Source: Macrostomum lignano (taxonomy: Eukaryota). Taken from it: a stretch of DNA of 64,000 nucleotides. The notes under the pieces were generated by a model that made no database searches, was not told the DNA's origin, and saw only the letters and a program-made list of their open reading frames with translations. This document shows positions 9,319 through 21,694 of this stretch, piece after piece. The stretch covers positions 237,545-301,544 of the forward strand of contig NIVC01001680.1 in assembly GCA_002269645.1 (NCBI GenBank), written 5' to 3'. Both the position numbers and the translations under genes were made by a program. Numbering within the stretch: the stretch's first letter is position 1; each line of letters starts with the position of its first letter.

Positions 9319-9632
9319 TCACATAAAAATTTCACTTTCATTCTCTGAATCACTGGTTTCATATGAACTATTTGTTGATTCGGAATCTGTTGATCTAACC
9401 TCCCAATCATCCGAATTTAAATAATCTCCAAGTTGAAATATTAACTCACCCTCTTGTTCTAATCATACATCTCATCTAGCTCTAATGGATAAAGTTTTAG
9501 GTCGTGCTTGTCGTCATATTTTAAATAAACTTCATCAATTATTCCATTCAAAATATGTTGTTTTATTATCTCTGCATTTTTAGCAACAGTCTCAAAAGTA
9601 TCACTAACAGAAAAGGTGTAAACTCGGTTCAT
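9319..9632 (-). CDS. Small acidic viral ORF (about 100 aa, frameshifted)
   Basis: TATAAAAAATG start at 9632; MNRVYTFSVSDTFE... joins through two 1-nt shifts to a Ser/Glu-rich tail ending TGA. Confidence 0.45.
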
Positions 9633-9725
9633 TTTTTATAACAGAAAAAGACCCTTCGCGCCTGCGGCGCGTGCGACGGGTTCTAGAAAGTTTGTGTGTG
9701 TTGGAGAGAGTTGGAAGCGTTGACG

Positions 9726-9938
9726 ATACAAAATACCCAGCAAACCATTCTCACCATTGCAAACAATTTAACCCTTTATCAGTGTGAAATGGCCTGTTTG
9801 ACCGAAATGAAGCGAGGATGAGCGAAGCGAGTTGAGCGAAGTGAAGACGAGCGAAAATGAAGGGAAACAGGCCATTTCACACTGATAAAGGGTTAAATTG
9901 TTTGCAATGGTGAGAATGGTTTGCTGGGTATTTTGTAT
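9726..9938. repeat. Perfect 74-bp inverted repeat with a 65-nt purine-rich loop, inside the presumed terminal inverted repeat
   Basis: Arm 9726-9799 is the exact reverse complement of arm 9865-9938. Confidence 0.95.
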
Positions 9939-10037
9939 GGTATATACTACTTCGGACCTTGACTTAAAAATGCGAAAACCCCGTCTTCTACATTACGTTG
10001 AGCTATGCCCTTAACAATAATTGTACCATTCTTTCAG

Positions 10038-13000
10038 AGCCCATCTCTCCAGCGCAACCTACCGCAATGCCACCCGCTGGTGGTGGCGGCGGCTCATCAG
10101 ACGGAAGCGGAATTGGAACTAGCGGTGGATATCCTGCTGAATGTGAGTAATGTATATTAAATGCTTACATAATAATATTAGGATTTTTTGTTGAAAAAGT
10201 GAATTTGGTTGGATTCTTTACACCAGATCCACTAAATTTGCAACTTTTCTAACGTTTGATCTTTTGATCTCTATAGCTGCAGATATAAAAAAGTATCATT
10301 GAACAATTTAAACTAAAGTTAGGATAAGTTACACGTAATAATTTAAATATTCAAGTTTATAACAAATTTACTAAACCGTTGAAAACGTTTCCGTGACAAT
10401 AATTGCTAAAGAGTCAATTAAAATCACTCACTTAGTGACTCTAGCGACTGTGGGGCGACTACAACTTTTAAAAAACTCAAATCAAACGACTGTGATGCGA
10501 TCGAGAGGCGACTGATTAGTTATGAGTGCATCACGCAAGTCACGCAGATGCGCTTCAGACGCAACTCAGTGATTCTACAGCGACTCTGACACGCCCCAGA
10601 TACGACTCTACGACCCCAGAGTCATTGTAAAAGCGCCCCAGCGTCGCAGACAAAAAACGTCTCAAATTGACTCTTAAACGACTTTTTTTGATGACTTTTT
10701 GGCGCAAGTGACCCTGGGACGCTTCTTGGCCTGGGTACCGTTTTCACCGGTTAAGCTTAGTGTGTCAATTGTGGTGGCAGCGGTGGAATTTCTAATATAT
10801 AAATTGTATCCAAATGCAATCCAGACACAAAAGCGCCAGAAGCACGTCGAGTCGATAGTAGCACGGTGGTCAATATCAGCTGGTGGACTCCAAATTCACA
10901 ATTAATTAAATATTATCGAGTGCAGTACTGCGACACAGCCGCTTTGGTGAAACAGACCGCTGGCACTAACGATATCGACTGTCCAGGCGAAATTCGCACC
11001 CTAGACGACATGGTACCCGCTACCGCTGGGACTGCGGTTTCCGCGCACGATTCCCGTCGCAGGTTACACGTTGTTTGGGCCGGCGCCCGACCAGGTAGGG
11101 TCTATCAATTTCGTTTAGCCTTTCATCTGGCCGCCATCACTAGTGACCGGTCGGAGTTCGGGCTCACCGATTGGAGTCGGCCGCCTGTTAGTTTTGCCGA
11201 TATTGTCGGTCCACCGCCTAAGGTGAGTATCGGTTGCATGACTAATGAACAAGTGACAGATAGGAATGAACTTAATGGGAATTGAAAAAGCTAGTTAAGG
11301 TGATTGAAACAGTTTATTTAGTCTTAGGATTTTTAGAGACAGACTGTTATGACGCAGCATCTTGTGGGCTACATGAGGTATACAAGATAACGTTACGGCT
11401 CGTACATCTTCATGAAGTCAACTTTATAAACTCCTTGTATTTTTTATCTACTCTTGACTTACATGATCAATATGCTTATTTAGTGTAGTAGAGTTAACTT
11501 GGTAGATCGTTCAGACTGTCTATAATCTGGCTGTCAAGCATTTTACGATTCAAAAGCTCCCCTACCACTGCTGTAGAGGAAAAGTACCAGCTAAGTTGTT
11601 ACATTAGAAAATAAGCTACTACTGCTATTACTTATCTAATGATTTTTAAACATTCAGATAACCGACGTGCCAAGATTTAGCTCCGACGAGCCGCTTAAGT
11701 GGGCCTATGATGCTTCTTCTGACGCGGTCGCAGTCGGTTTCGTAATCTGGGCCAGGCGTCAGCTGGAGAATGGAACTAATCAGTACACAAAGTACCGAGT
11801 GGGTAACGGCTCGGCTAGGCAATACTATTTCTACGATTTGCAGCCGGGATACCAGTACACCCTGCGCATGTTTGCCGAATTAGAGTTTAGTGACGGCCGC
11901 GCTTCCGGATCTAATGAGGATCGTCTGTTAAGGTCGCCAGACAGCGCCGCGGTCAGCCTGAAACTTCCTATCGGACTCGATAAATTTCCGAATGGGGACA
12001 AAAGAAATAAAAATGATTCCGAATCAAATGCTGGGCCGAAACACAACATGGTGCTTATACTGTTGGTTAGCGGCTTAATAGCCCTGCTGGTTCTTCTAGG
12101 CTTAGGCCTGCTTGGATTTTGCCTGTTACGGAAATGGCGGACCAAACATCGACGATCGGCTTTGCCTAGTAAGTTTAACGATTGCGTATTGTATTAATAT
12201 TTAATTTAGATGACGAGGCATTTGGCTTTTCATTGCATAAAGTTGTATGGTTAGTTTACGTTGAGCTAATATTTTATTTAGTAGTGATAATTAAGTGTCA
12301 ATTTATAGACTTTTTACGTTTAACTTTAATACTTCATTCGTATTAAAATAATTCCAAAATTCTCGCAGACGACTCGTGGAGTAATAACATTACCTATGGT
12401 GAGAGCCGTATCAACGGATATACAGTAAAATATTGTTCTCGTATAGATTCCTTAGTAGTTTAGCTCGCGCATTTTTAGTTTTATTGTATATATTACATGA
12501 ATACGTTGTTTGTTTTTTATTGATATTCTAATGCCTTCAGTATTGTCTATTTTCTGCTATTATTTGTTAGATTATTAGTTTGACTTGATCATGCCGCTAC
12601 TAGGGTAAACTAGAGGGGATTGGGACGCGTAAGGATTATTATTTATACGCTTTTTCCGTTTCACTTCCTGTTGTTGTTTAGTTTGTTGGTTTAAATTGTT
12701 TAGAAAATTATTATTTGTTATGATTTGTCATCTCACTTGATATGGTTGATAGTAAGTACTTTCGCTGCCATCTCGTGCTTCTATAATTTTTCTTACACAA
12801 TTTCTCACACCTTAACTCTTCTTCACCAGCTTCTCATCTGCCTCTGGCATTTTCACCACCGATGGACTCGAACACCCTGTTCAAATCTGCCACTGGATAT
12901 CTGCCACCGAGCGCCATGGCTACTCCAAACCTTGGCCACTACCAGAGTCCGCCTCCGCAGCTGCCTTCATCTGCTGTTGGCTATAGACAGCCGGCTTACG

Positions 13001-13040
13001 GACAGTACGCCTCTCTGCGCAGCGGGATGGTTCCTCTGCT

Positions 13041-13071
<31 letters not shown>

Positions 13072-13993
13072 AATGCCTCTCCTCTGCAGCACTATTATCA
13101 AATGCAGCAGCAACCATTCCAAGCAGACTCCTACTATCAGCAGCAGGTGCTTCATCAACAGGAAAACAATTCCTATCCTTATGAACTCTATCGTCAACCA
13201 CCTAGCGGCGGCGGCGACAGCGACTTCGAGGACGGTCTCGACCCCGATCCGTACTTTAAATCTGGCAATGGTCGGTTTTATAACAGCGCCACCCTCGACA
13301 GCGGAAGTAGACCTCGGCTCAATCAGCAGCAACAACAGCAACAGCAATCTCAGCCTCAGCAGCGACGGAAACGGAGGCCGCGTCGTGCGACCACTGCCGC
13401 GCTTAATGGCTCTGGTGGCGGCGTCGGCGCCGAACCGCTTGTGGCGCCAATGATGAAGCTACAACCGCAGATGCCGTTGGGGCAGCAACAGCAGCAGCAT
13501 CTGAGGCCGATTTACTTGTCGCAGAGTAGGATTAACTGTGAGCATTATATTGAACTATAATTATTGTTTCTTTTACCCAATTTTAATCTTCATCTAAGCC
13601 TGATTCCCAACCAATACATTCATCATGGCAGGCGAGGTCTACGAGCGTCCGGAAGAGCTGATGCTGCCAGCGTCCTTCGTGCCTCCACCTCCGCCTCCTT
13701 CAACTCAGCCTCATCAGCTTAGCTCAGGTCTGCACAGATCTGCCAGCTCAGTGTCAGCACAGCAGCACGTGTATCACCTATCTAACAATAATAATAATCA
13801 CAATCATAATCATAATCAGCAGCAGCCGCCGAGAATTCGAGGCTTCACTGACTACTCGCGACCGCCTCCGTCTGGCGCTTCTTTGCCGCTGACTTTCACA
13901 CCGCCGCCTCCACCGCCTACGCAGCCGCCGCCGCCTACGCAAACGCCTCCGCCGTTGCCCAGCGTTTCAGCTGATAGCCCATATATGCATTGA
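10038..13993 (+). CDS. Host single-pass receptor, 3' exons: two FN3 domains, TM helix, Gln/Pro-rich tail (ihog/CDON/BOC-like by eye)
   Basis: Phase-compatible GT-AG exons 10038-10142, 10825-11222, 11658-12168, 12369-12398, 12830-13525 and 13632-13993. FN3 motifs VNISW...YYRVQY and LKW...GFVIW...DLQPGYQYTLRM; TM VLILLVSGLIALLVLLGLGLLGFCLL. The 5' exons are absent and presumably lie left of the Polinton. Confidence 0.75.
10411..10673. mobile_element. Possible small non-autonomous DNA transposon (MITE)
   Basis: GAGTCAATT...AATTGACTC ends flanked by TAAA/TTAA; internal imperfect inverted repeats. Confidence 0.3.
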
Positions 13994-15856
13994 TTTAATG
14001 CTTAGAAGCAAGAGACTTTTTGTTTTGGCTATATGCGAGCAATTGGGAATCGTTGGTTGTCAATACATTCGCTTAGCTACATAGAATGCTAAATAGCTAT
14101 TTGTAATAGCATCCGCATTGCAATACGTAAGCTGGCTACGTACTTCAGTTCAATCGATGTCACTTGGCAGTAATCACTTCAAGCAGTATTTATGAATAAA
14201 AATGCTTTTCGCTCGTGTTCATTCATCACCATGCTCGCTGTTGGGCTTCTGTAGTCAATGTTCAAGCTTAAGGTAAACAATAAGTTGCTATTCAAATCCA
14301 AGGAGTTCGAGCTTGAATTGTCACGCCATTTGGTCATTTCTCACAGTTATGTGTTCTGTAATTTTATTTTTTGTCCAAATTAAATGAAATATTGATTCGA
14401 GAACAAGCAAGTCTTTCGCAGCCTTGTTGGTTTGACTTCATGCTTTAGCAAAACTCAAGCAAAGGTGGCATGCAATGCAACAAGTGTTTGCTGCACTGTT
14501 TTTGCCCACAGTTCAGTACCGCGTTTAAAGTTCAGTGTATTTGTAGTTAACATTTAGTCAGTTACGTTTGTGTTATTCAATCTGTGTCTACCTGTCTTAC
14601 TAGTAGATCTCGTAGCTCGAGTTTCTGTAAAAAAAGTACCCTTCAGAGTTGTCTAGCTGAGTTTAACATTCGAATTATTTTTTTACTAACCAAAAGCTGT
14701 GCCGTTTTTTGACGTTTCTCTTCACGTGTCTACTGCACATATCGAGCTGATTCAATTCGATTTACTGTATCAAGTTTGACTCCTTAAGCTCTTGTTCGCA
14801 GTCAGATCGTTTTGCCATCGGATTTGTTCAGAGTTAAATAAAGTTTAAGCCAGTGTGTACCTCTGTTTCTATTAACACTTTTGCAAATTGTGCGACCAGT
14901 GGTTTTTGTTTATTAAACAATGCGTTTTTAACAAGTGATTAAATAAATGAGAAGTTTCAGTGTTTAACAATACAGTTAATGCTTTTTCGCGTCACTGCAA
15001 GTGGCTTTTTATCGTGTCGAAAATTTAAATTAGAACATGGGTTGGTTTTTTTGTATTTGGTCTCGCTGGTTGGTGCTGCCACCAACCACATTTAGCACCT
15101 CGTTGTAAGCATCATCTAGAACTACTCGTATGTTTGTAGCAAGAATTTTTCAGAAATTTCATATGGAGCTAGAAAATAATTTTACTAATGTAGTGACTGA
15201 CGCGAAACCGACCGAAATAATTCGCTGAGTAAGACTTCGGCCCCGACTTGGGCATTGGTTACGATATATATATTTAAGAGCCAACCTAGGGGTTCGATAC
15301 GAGGGAAATGTACATTCAATTAAACGTACACCAACCTTGCACGTACTTTAGCTCAATGTGCATTTGGAATAAAATAGCCCGCGCAGAGAATGAGGGTGGC
15401 CGTGTATAACATCTTTCCCCCGCGTGAACTTTTACAGGAAAATAAAAACGGGATTAAAAGTTATTTTGATAGTGAAACATCATGCAGAAATTGACAGTTC
15501 ATGAATCAGTCCGAATCAAATCAGTCAGAAAGAAAATCAATCACGATAGTCCGGTCTCGGGATTTTGCAGCTTCTTGGGTGCGGGCGGCATCCAATTGGT
15601 GGCTCCGCCGCACCAGACTCGATCGTCGCCGCAGCGCCGAAAGTCGCCGCGGTCTGTTCAGCGCTTTCCGGCTCATTAGCTGTGTCTTGTCCTTCTGGAG
15701 CTGAAAGGGCTGGCACCCGCTTGACGTCGGTGACATGGTGCATGCAGCTGTTGCCGTCCTGTCGCTTGAGAATGACAGAGTCGCGTTTGACCTCAGAGAC
15801 TGTCCAGGGATCGATTTTGAAGGGGGTATCGGTCTTGGAGTGCTTGACTCGCCTTC

Positions 15857-18730
15857 TCAAAACCCTGTCGCCGGTTTGGATGCGATGCTGTCTGCCGATT
15901 TTTTTGCATCAGCGTCAGTTTTCATGGCGGCCTTGTAGTCGCTGTCCCGCCTCCTGACCGCCACCGCTGGGATCCTCTGGTTGCGCTGATTCATTCTCGA
16001 ATGCAGTCCTGGACTGGCCTCCCGAACATCAGGTCGGCTGGTGACGCTCTTGCAGTGCAGTTTTGGCTCGCCTTGGGCGCTGGAGATGCGTAGAGACTTG
16101 TTCAGGGACCTGTTGATGCGCTCCGTAATGCCGTTGGCCTCAGGATGGTACGGCGTGATTCGACGGTGGCTGGTCCCGTGACTCTTGATGAAACTAGTGA
16201 ACGCTTCCGACGAGAATGATGGGCCGTTGTCCGTCACAATCTGCTTGGGAATTCCAAACGTTGCAAAAATTTGCTGCAGCTGCCGGGTGGTGCACTCTGC
16301 GGTGGACGACTTCATTGCAATGACAATCGGATAGCGTGAATAGTGGTTCACAATCATCAAAAGTTGTCGTCCGTTGATGGGACCGAGAAAATCAATTCCT
16401 ATGATGGACCAGGGTGACTCCGGTAGTTCGGTTGGTTGTAGTGGAGCTGCTGGGACTTCTGCTCGATGATTCGCGGCGGCGTACTCTAGGCACTCCGCCA
16501 CCATTCGTTTGGCCTCAGCTGACATTCCTGCCCACCAGACTTTTGAATTGAGTCGCAGTAAAGTTTTTATCTCACCTTGATGACCTTGATGGGCTAACTG
16601 AAGAACGGTTGACTGCAGAGCTTCGGGGATCAAAAGTCGCTGGTCTCTTAGGAGAACTCCGAACGCCTCCGTCAGCTCATGTCGAACCGAATGCATTCGC
16701 CAAATCTTGCCGTTCCGCAGATCCCAACTGCCGGTGCGCAATGAGGACATTGTCGATGAAGGGATGCCGTCGCTTCCCTGACTTGCAGCAGAGACAGTCC
16801 TCTTGGTGTCGCAGCTTGGACAATGCTGCCGATGTAGTTGGTGTCCAGCATCTCGCCGACGTTGATCATTTTTGGAACGGGTTCAGGCTGCCGACTGAGA
16901 ATGTCACTTGGGTTGAACGGGCCTGGTCGGTAAATGACGTTGAACTGCAAGTCCTGGATGCTGAGTGCCATGCGTTCGATGCGTGGAGGTGGGCGCGAGC
17001 CAGGCTTAAACATGAAGGTCAGCGGCTTATGATCGGTCACGACTGTAAAATTTGCTGCACCGCTGAGATAGTGCCGAAACTTTAGACATCCGTACTTGAT
17101 TGCTAAAGCCTCTCGCTCTGTCTGCGAGTATCTGGACTCAACTGCAGACAAGGCTCTACTTGCGAATGCAACCGGCCGAGACGCTCCGTCCGGTTGGACC
17201 TGGCAGAGAATGGCACCGAGTCCTGTAGGGCTGGCGTCCACGATGAGTTCGGTGTGGCGGCGCTTATCAAAGAATACCAGCGTGGTGTCGCTCGCAATGC
17301 GGTCCCAGACAGTTTGAAAGGCTTTGGCGTGCTGCTCGCTCCACTACCAGCTTGAGCTCTTCTTGGTCAGGTCCCGGAGTGGTTTTGTCATGTCCGCGAG
17401 TCCCGGAATGAAACGACTGACGAACGTGACCAGGCCGAGGAAGGAGCGGACTTCTGCCGCGTTTGTCGGCTCCTTGAAGGTTTTTATCGCTTTGACTTTT
17501 GACTCGGCTGGCTGGATGCCTTTAGCGGACAGCCTCATGGCCAAGAATTCGACCTCCTGAACATCGAATTTGCACTTCGCTTGATTTAGAGTCAGGCCGA
17601 GTTCTCGAAGGCGATGGAGGCAGCTGGCTAGGCGGCTGTTGTGATCCAGGATGTCCCGGGCGTGCACAATGATGTCGTCGTGCACCCATCTCACTCCTGG
17701 CAGTCCGCTGAGTACGGTAGACATAACGCGCTGTAATATTTCCGATGCTGATGTGAAGCCCATGCATAGCCTCGTAAGCCTCATGAAACCCAGTGGCGTA
17801 GAAAAGGTAAGAAGTTTTCGTGAACCCTCATCGAGTATGATCTGATGGAAGGCTTTGTGAATGTCCAGCTCCGAAAAATAGTGCGAGTCGGCCATCTCGT
17901 CCGTCACTTCTTCAAATGTTGGAATAGGTTGTTTTCTATTACTCGCAGGTCTCGCAGGTCTTGTGTGATTCGCACCTGGCTGGGGTGGTTTTTGGGACCA
18001 CAACCATCCTGGCGACCTATTCAGACGGCTCGGAAACTCTCTCGATTATGCCCTCGCTGAGCAGCTCCTCGAGCTCTTTAATGGCGGAGTCCCGAAGGTG
18101 GATAGGAACGCGACTGGGCGGGTGGCAGACCGGGATGGCACCGTCCTTGAGTCGGATGCTCACTTTGACGTCCTTGACGCAGCCGTCTCCCTTGAAGAGC
18201 ACCTGGTGCTTGCTGAGGATGCGATCGAGCTGCAGTTCGACTGGGAGATCGGCAGAGTTGGCCTCTGGGCACTGAGGCTCCTCTGCATTGACCTTGCTAA
18301 CGCCGCTGATGCTGTTAATGCGGGTCTCAGGCTCTAGCGGTCTCACTCGCAGGACTCAGAATTTTTCGCTCGTCGCTCTCCCTAGGATAGTGACGCCCGG
18401 ATTGCGCACCACGGTGAACTCGACCGGGACCTCTAAACCGCTGATTTTGACAGGGAGCTCAGTCCGACCAGCGGTGGCCAAGGGTCTTCTGGAGCCGAAC
18501 GGATACAGTTGACGTGTCGAGCTGAAAAGCATCGTTTCGGCCGACTTGATGTCCTGGAAGGTCGCCCTATCAATGACGTTGCAGCTGGCGCCGCTATCTA
18601 TTAGCGCTTTCACTCGCTTGCCGTTTACTGAGATTTCCATCAGGGGCAGCTTGCTTGCAGACATGCAGAATATTTCTCCTTCGTCGATCAACGGGCTACT
18701 CGCGCGCTCTGAGGAGCCTGGGTCCTGCAT
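15857..18730 (-). pseudogene. pol: Gypsy pol (protease, RT, RNase H, integrase), split by frameshifts; integrase C-terminus apparently partly deleted
   Basis: LIDSGAS (PR), WVHDDII (RT), DASPTGLGA...TDHKPL (RH), GIDFLGP...TDNG...NGITER (IN). Confidence 0.9.
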
Positions 18731-18779
18731 GTTGTCTTCGAGGACGTGTAGTCGGTTTTTAAAACTGTCCTTGGATAGG

Positions 18780-19648
18780 CAGGCCTTGGCCAGGTGCCCA
18801 GGCTTGTTGCAGCTCTTGCATGTTTTGCCTTTGGCGGCGTTGCAGCTTCGGTGCCCGGCTTCGCCTCATCGGTAGCATTTAATAGTATTAGAGGCCTTGT
18901 ACTTGTAGGATGAGCTCTCGTGTTGTTCACCTCGAGATCGTCGCATGAAGTTGATGTTCTCATCATGGCGCGTTTCCATGGCGGCTGACTGATAGCTCGC
19001 GGCTTCGAAGGTTCGGCATAGTTGCAAAGCTTCCTGCAGACTGATGTTGGAAGTCTGCAGCAGTCTACGCCTGAGTTGCTCAAAGTGACAGCCGGCGACG
19101 ACCTGGTCTCGGATGAGAGAGTCATGCAGGTCAGCGAATTCGCAGCTTTCCGCGGCCTTGTAGAGCCGACTGACCCATGCATCGATGCTCTGATTCGGCT
19201 GCTGAACGCAATTTCTGAACTCGTACCTTGAGAGAACAACGCAGTTGCGACCGGTAAAGTGGTCTTTAAATGCCTTGATAAGTTGGTCGATAGTGTCCCC
19301 TGTGTTGGTTAGTTGCTTGTAGAGTTCGGCCAGCTCTTTTCCGCCCGTGTATAGCAGGAATTGTCTTTGCTGGGCCGAGTCCTTGACGCCCGAGGCGTGA
19401 ATAAAACACAAGAACCGCGAAGACCAATCCTCCCACAGTGATGCGAGCGTGTGTGATTCTCTGTTAACGTCGAACGGCTCGGGTTGTAGTTGAACAGCTA
19501 TTGATTGAACAGCTTGCGACGCCAATGTAGTGACTGACGCGAAACCGAGATAATTTGCTAAGACTTCGGCCCCGACTTGGGCATTGGTTACGATATATAT
19601 ATTTAAGAGCCAACCTAAGGGTTCGATACGAGGGAAATGTACATTCAA
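18780..19648 (-). CDS. gag: Gypsy Gag with two CCHC zinc knuckles (knuckles after a frameshift near 18866)
   Basis: EPFDV...WEDWSSRF...FLLYTGG, DSLIRDQVV; CYRCGEAGH and CKSCNKPGHLAKAC. Confidence 0.85.
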
Positions 19649-21694
19649 TTAAACGTACACCAACCTTGCACGTACATTAGCTTAATGTGCATTTGGAATA
19701 AAATAGCCCGCGCAGAGAATGAGGGTGGCCGTGTATAACAACTAATAGTCGCAATTTTAAGACAGAAAGTTTACGCTTAAGCTGTATAAGCGTCGAAATG
19801 ACGGTATCCTAATTAATATTGCTTGTATATTTATCATTGTTAGTTTTTACGACATAGTTTATAACGTTCGGATTTTTCGGACTTAATTTAGCGCAGTATG
19901 ATGAGCAATGTAAATCTATAATTAAATGTGCCACTGTCTGCAAGCAATGACATGGCATCATGCTGCTTTTAGATAAAGTCTATTATAAAATAAAATATTT
20001 CTACCAGCTTCTTGCATTGATGTGTATAAACAATCAAATTTGCATACGGGCGCAGCAAGAGCAAGGCAGACAAGCAGAATATTATAGAGCGAATAGTATT
20101 CTTGAAGATTAAAGCAATTAAAAACTTTTGGATTGCATTGAAGCGAAAATTAAGTTTTGAATCTGCTACTGGGATTCAATGTCGATAAGGTCGAGAAAAT
20201 GAATTCAGAAAAAATTGTACAACAGTTTAAACGCAGTCCGATCACGCTAAAATGAAATGAAAAGCTACAAACCTGGCCACAGGTTTTAAGTTTAGATTAA
20301 TTCTAGGCTAACAATCTAAATAAGGCAGCGTTAAGCAGGTAACGATACTCGTTTGTTAAATTTATATATTCTGCTAAAAGGCGCATACCTAACCCTTCGA
20401 AAGGTAATAATTAGTTAGTTGTACGATATAAAAGACAACTTTAAACCAGATTTTTATAATTTCAAACAAAAGGTTTTTATAGTCTTGCTAATGTATTTCA
20501 TGTTTTCAGTTTTTCTGCGTTTTTTGTTATTTTGGTAGTGTTAATTAATAATGAAATCGGTATCTATTAACGTTATACTCGTAAATTTTGTGTCAAATCG
20601 CTGTGTTGCGAGTTGAGTTTTTTAAATAAAATCAATGTCGTTCTGACTTTGTCTGGATTCAAGAGTCAAACAAATCTTACGAGAGTACGAGTACACAAAG
20701 GGTAATGGTCACAAGTAGTTTTGGGAGATGGTCGAAGTGCATGGAAGCTGGCGCAGATGATTAATATTGCGTACGATTGAAACAATGACAAGGAACAGCA
20801 CAAAGGAACAGCTATTTAAAAGTACATGATTTTAATATATTTAAATTGAAGGCAAAGCTTGTTTATATATAAATTGCACGAACCATGACAATGTAGCAGT
20901 GATTTAAAGTTTATTACGTCATTTTGTTTTCGATTTTTTCCTATTGTCAGCATATAACTCGTATAATTAATTTAGTAAATTCTAAAACACTCCTGTTCAC
21001 TATTTAATCATTTAGTGCAATTTTTAAGACTTTAAGCAAGGTTGGACTACTCCAAAATTGCAGAAATATAGGCTATAATTATTGAAATTAAAACAAATAT
21101 TCAAAGATCATTGTAATAAAGATTAAGCGAGTGAAACATGATTTGCGTTAAAGGTTAAAAACACCTTAGACCAATAAAATCAATGTAAAGCTAAAGAGGT
21201 TTTTTGACTTTTTTAGTCTACAGCTCAGCTTGTAAAAATAATACAATTCCGGCAGACCTATGTATTGTTCTGGCTTGATTCTAATGAACGTGTTACATAA
21301 CTGTTTATATGACTATATATAGCAGACATAGGCAAGCATGTACTCAGAGGAAATAACAAATTATCAGAAAATGGGATGTGTAATATGCTGAAAAATATTG
21401 TTCAAAAAATGGGCTGCTCAAAAATTGTTGCCATGTAAAGCCCCATGTTGCATTATCACTCTGGTTGTGGGACAGTATAGGTATCTCGGTGCAGAAGCTC
21501 TCGAACATTTCTAAATGAATAAAAATTTGTCCATTTCTTCTTTTACAATAGTTGCTCTTAATATCTGAAAATGTTGCAATCTTGTTTTATAGTATTTACT
21601 GTATGGATGCAAAACATTCTTATAAAATGATTTTTTATTGTGTAAATATTATATATATTTTTAATATTATAATAATGATGAATCTTAAGTCCGC

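Larger units (their letters stand above)
1..9951. mobile_element. Polinton/Maverick (adintovirus-like) endogenous dsDNA virus, right part; continues beyond the left window edge
   Basis: AT-rich, intron-poor, densely packed ORFs give the hallmark set: capsid-like proteins, packaging ATPase, adenain protease and rve integrase. It ends in ACTACT at 9946-9951 (5'-AGTAGT on the minus strand, the Polinton terminus). Linkage across the N gap relies on scaffolding. Confidence 0.9.
15189..19740 (-). mobile_element. Full-length Ty3/Gypsy LTR retrotransposon, frameshifted
   Basis: TG...CA LTRs 15189-15411 and 19526-19740; ACTAA TSD (15184-15188, 19741-19745); PBS TGGCGTCGC next to the 5' LTR; PPT GGGGGAAAGA next to the 3' LTR; gag-PR-RT-RH-IN order. 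Confidence 0.95.

Noticed and set aside
8476-9326. Long poly-X ORFs
   Set aside because: Artefacts of the N gap.
1-9951. pPolB gene within the window
   Set aside because: No family B polymerase motifs seen; presumed left of base 1 or hidden in an under-sized gap.
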